Position numbers and translations under genes: made by a program. The notes beneath the pieces are model-generated. The model ran no database searches. It was not told the DNA's origin and was given only the letters and a program-made list of their open reading frames with translations. A stretch of 64,000 bases of DNA from contig JBBPEB010000007.1 in the NCBI GenBank assembly GCA_039096225.1, positions 62,001-126,000 on the forward strand, written 5' to 3'. Position 1 is the first letter of the stretch, and every line of letters begins with the position of its first letter. The DNA is from Blastocystis sp. Blastoise. Lineage: Eukaryota > Protista > Bigyra: Opalinata. Below are positions 62,594 through 64,000 of this stretch, one piece after another.

Positions 62594-64000
62594 TTACTTA
62601 GCAAAGGTGATATGAAGTCTAGTTTTACCATCAAATGTATATCCTTTCATTTCTTCTAATGCTTTCATACTATCTGCTATACTCTGGAAATCTAAGAAAC
62701 ATAAACCGCGGGAAATAACATAACGGGCACTAATGAATCCATCAAATCTATATATATATATATATTATATATGATTATTAAATAATATTAAAAGGAGCTA
62801 ATATTTAATGATTCTGAGAGTATCACTGTTATATATATATACTATACTATACTATACTATAATAATATACTTGCTAAATAATTGTGTCATATATTCTTCA
62901 GTAGCCATAGCAGGTAAATCAACACACATTAATAATTTATTAGGGGGATTATTTGGTAATTTAACCTATAGAATAAAAAGTAGTATACATATTATATTAT
63001 AAAAGATCGTTAATATAGTATAAATATATAAATAAAATAAATAAAATAATAAAAATAATATAAATAAAAAAATATATAACACAATAAAATAATAAAAATA
63101 ATAAATAAAAATGAATATAAACAATATAAATATACTTGAGGAGTGACTTGTTTAACAAGAGGAACTTGGCCCATTTCTTCATTGTCTTCTCCTTCTTCAT
63201 TATTCCCGTGATTATCTTTGCTATTTCCAAGAGGATGAACATAAGGTTTCTTAGGTCGAGGAATATATGTACCGTCTTTCTTTGTAATGAAATCAGATTC
63301 CATCTTTGCAAAAGAAATGATCTATATATATATATATAGTAATAGAAAACTTATACTAATAAAATTAAAGAATATAAACATAATAATATATAAAAATATA
63401 TAAAAATATATAAATATATATAAATATATATAAATATATATAAATATATATAAAAATATAAAAAAATATATAAAAATATAAAAAAATATAAAAAAATATA
63501 TAAAAATATATAAATATATATATATATAATATACATAGATTACATACCATAGATCGTTTATATAGTTCAACTCCACTCATTTTATTCTTAGCACGAACAG
63601 CATCTTCGATATTTTCAAACACTATCCATGCTTGACCCTTATAAGCAAATCGTTGTTCTCCCACGGTAATATTCAAAATCTTACCGAATTGAATAAAGAC
63701 ACCATAAAGAGCTTTTCGTAAAGATTGAGGTTTTACACTCATTTTTATATTTTTTATATAAAGAGTATGTTTTGCATCTTCAGGAATAACAAGAGGTTCA
63801 GATTCTGTATTTTGAGTTTCAATTTGAGGAACAGCTGCTACTATAGGATTCACAGGAGCTACAGGAATCATAGGATTCACACCAGGTATAGGAGCCATAG
63901 GATTCACACCAGGTATAGGAACCATAGGAGCAACACCCTGTTGTGGTGGCATCATGGGTGCACCCATAACCATAGGTTGCTGATAAGGCATTTGAAGAGG
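62594..64000 (-). CDS. U1A/U2B''/SNF-family two-RRM spliceosomal protein; 5' end lies outside the window
   Basis: RRM1 'HTLYIKNI...LRKALYGVFIQFGKIL...KGQAWIVF...M', RRM2 'PPNKLLMCVDLP...LFS...CFLDF...LHITFAK*'. Confidence 0.82.

Overview
This is very AT-rich, intron-dense eukaryotic nuclear DNA, not prokaryotic. The gene set, a U12-type AT-AC intron and TGTTTGTT motifs in 3' flanks are compatible with a Blastocystis/Opalinata-like stramenopile, but that assignment is inference only. I can reconstruct about 25 mostly spliced host genes: PFKFB, NHP2, a small PH-like protein, BTB+TLDc, RPL8, HSP20, TRAIP-like RING, DUF5808-like, p24/TMED, IDI, SMI1/KNR4, a tandem zinc-ribbon protein, TEY MAPK, NOT3/5, a PNRC/Edc1-like protein, SHAQKYF Myb, START, rhodanese-like, a DLF-repeat protein, Hsp110, COPI-associated, E2F, ThrRS and U1A/U2B''. 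There is also one tRNA-Ile(AAT). A nested transposon pair sits at 39831-43378: an intact-looking IS630/Tc1 element (166-bp TIRs, TA TSD, DD33E, AT-hook) inside a hAT-type element (13-bp TIRs, 8-bp TSD). The most notable oddities are: (1) three of five RPL8 introns cannot be spliced GT-AG and have exon-duplicating junctions, which is either real non-canonical splicing or a polishing artefact; (2) a minor-spliceosome AT-AC intron; (3) self-complementary (TA)n intron termini; (4) a presequence-bearing zinc-ribbon array with one repeat per symmetric phase-1 exon; (5) a stop codon split by an intron. Most short ORFs in the supplied track are microsatellite artefacts. Exon structures were inferred by eye.
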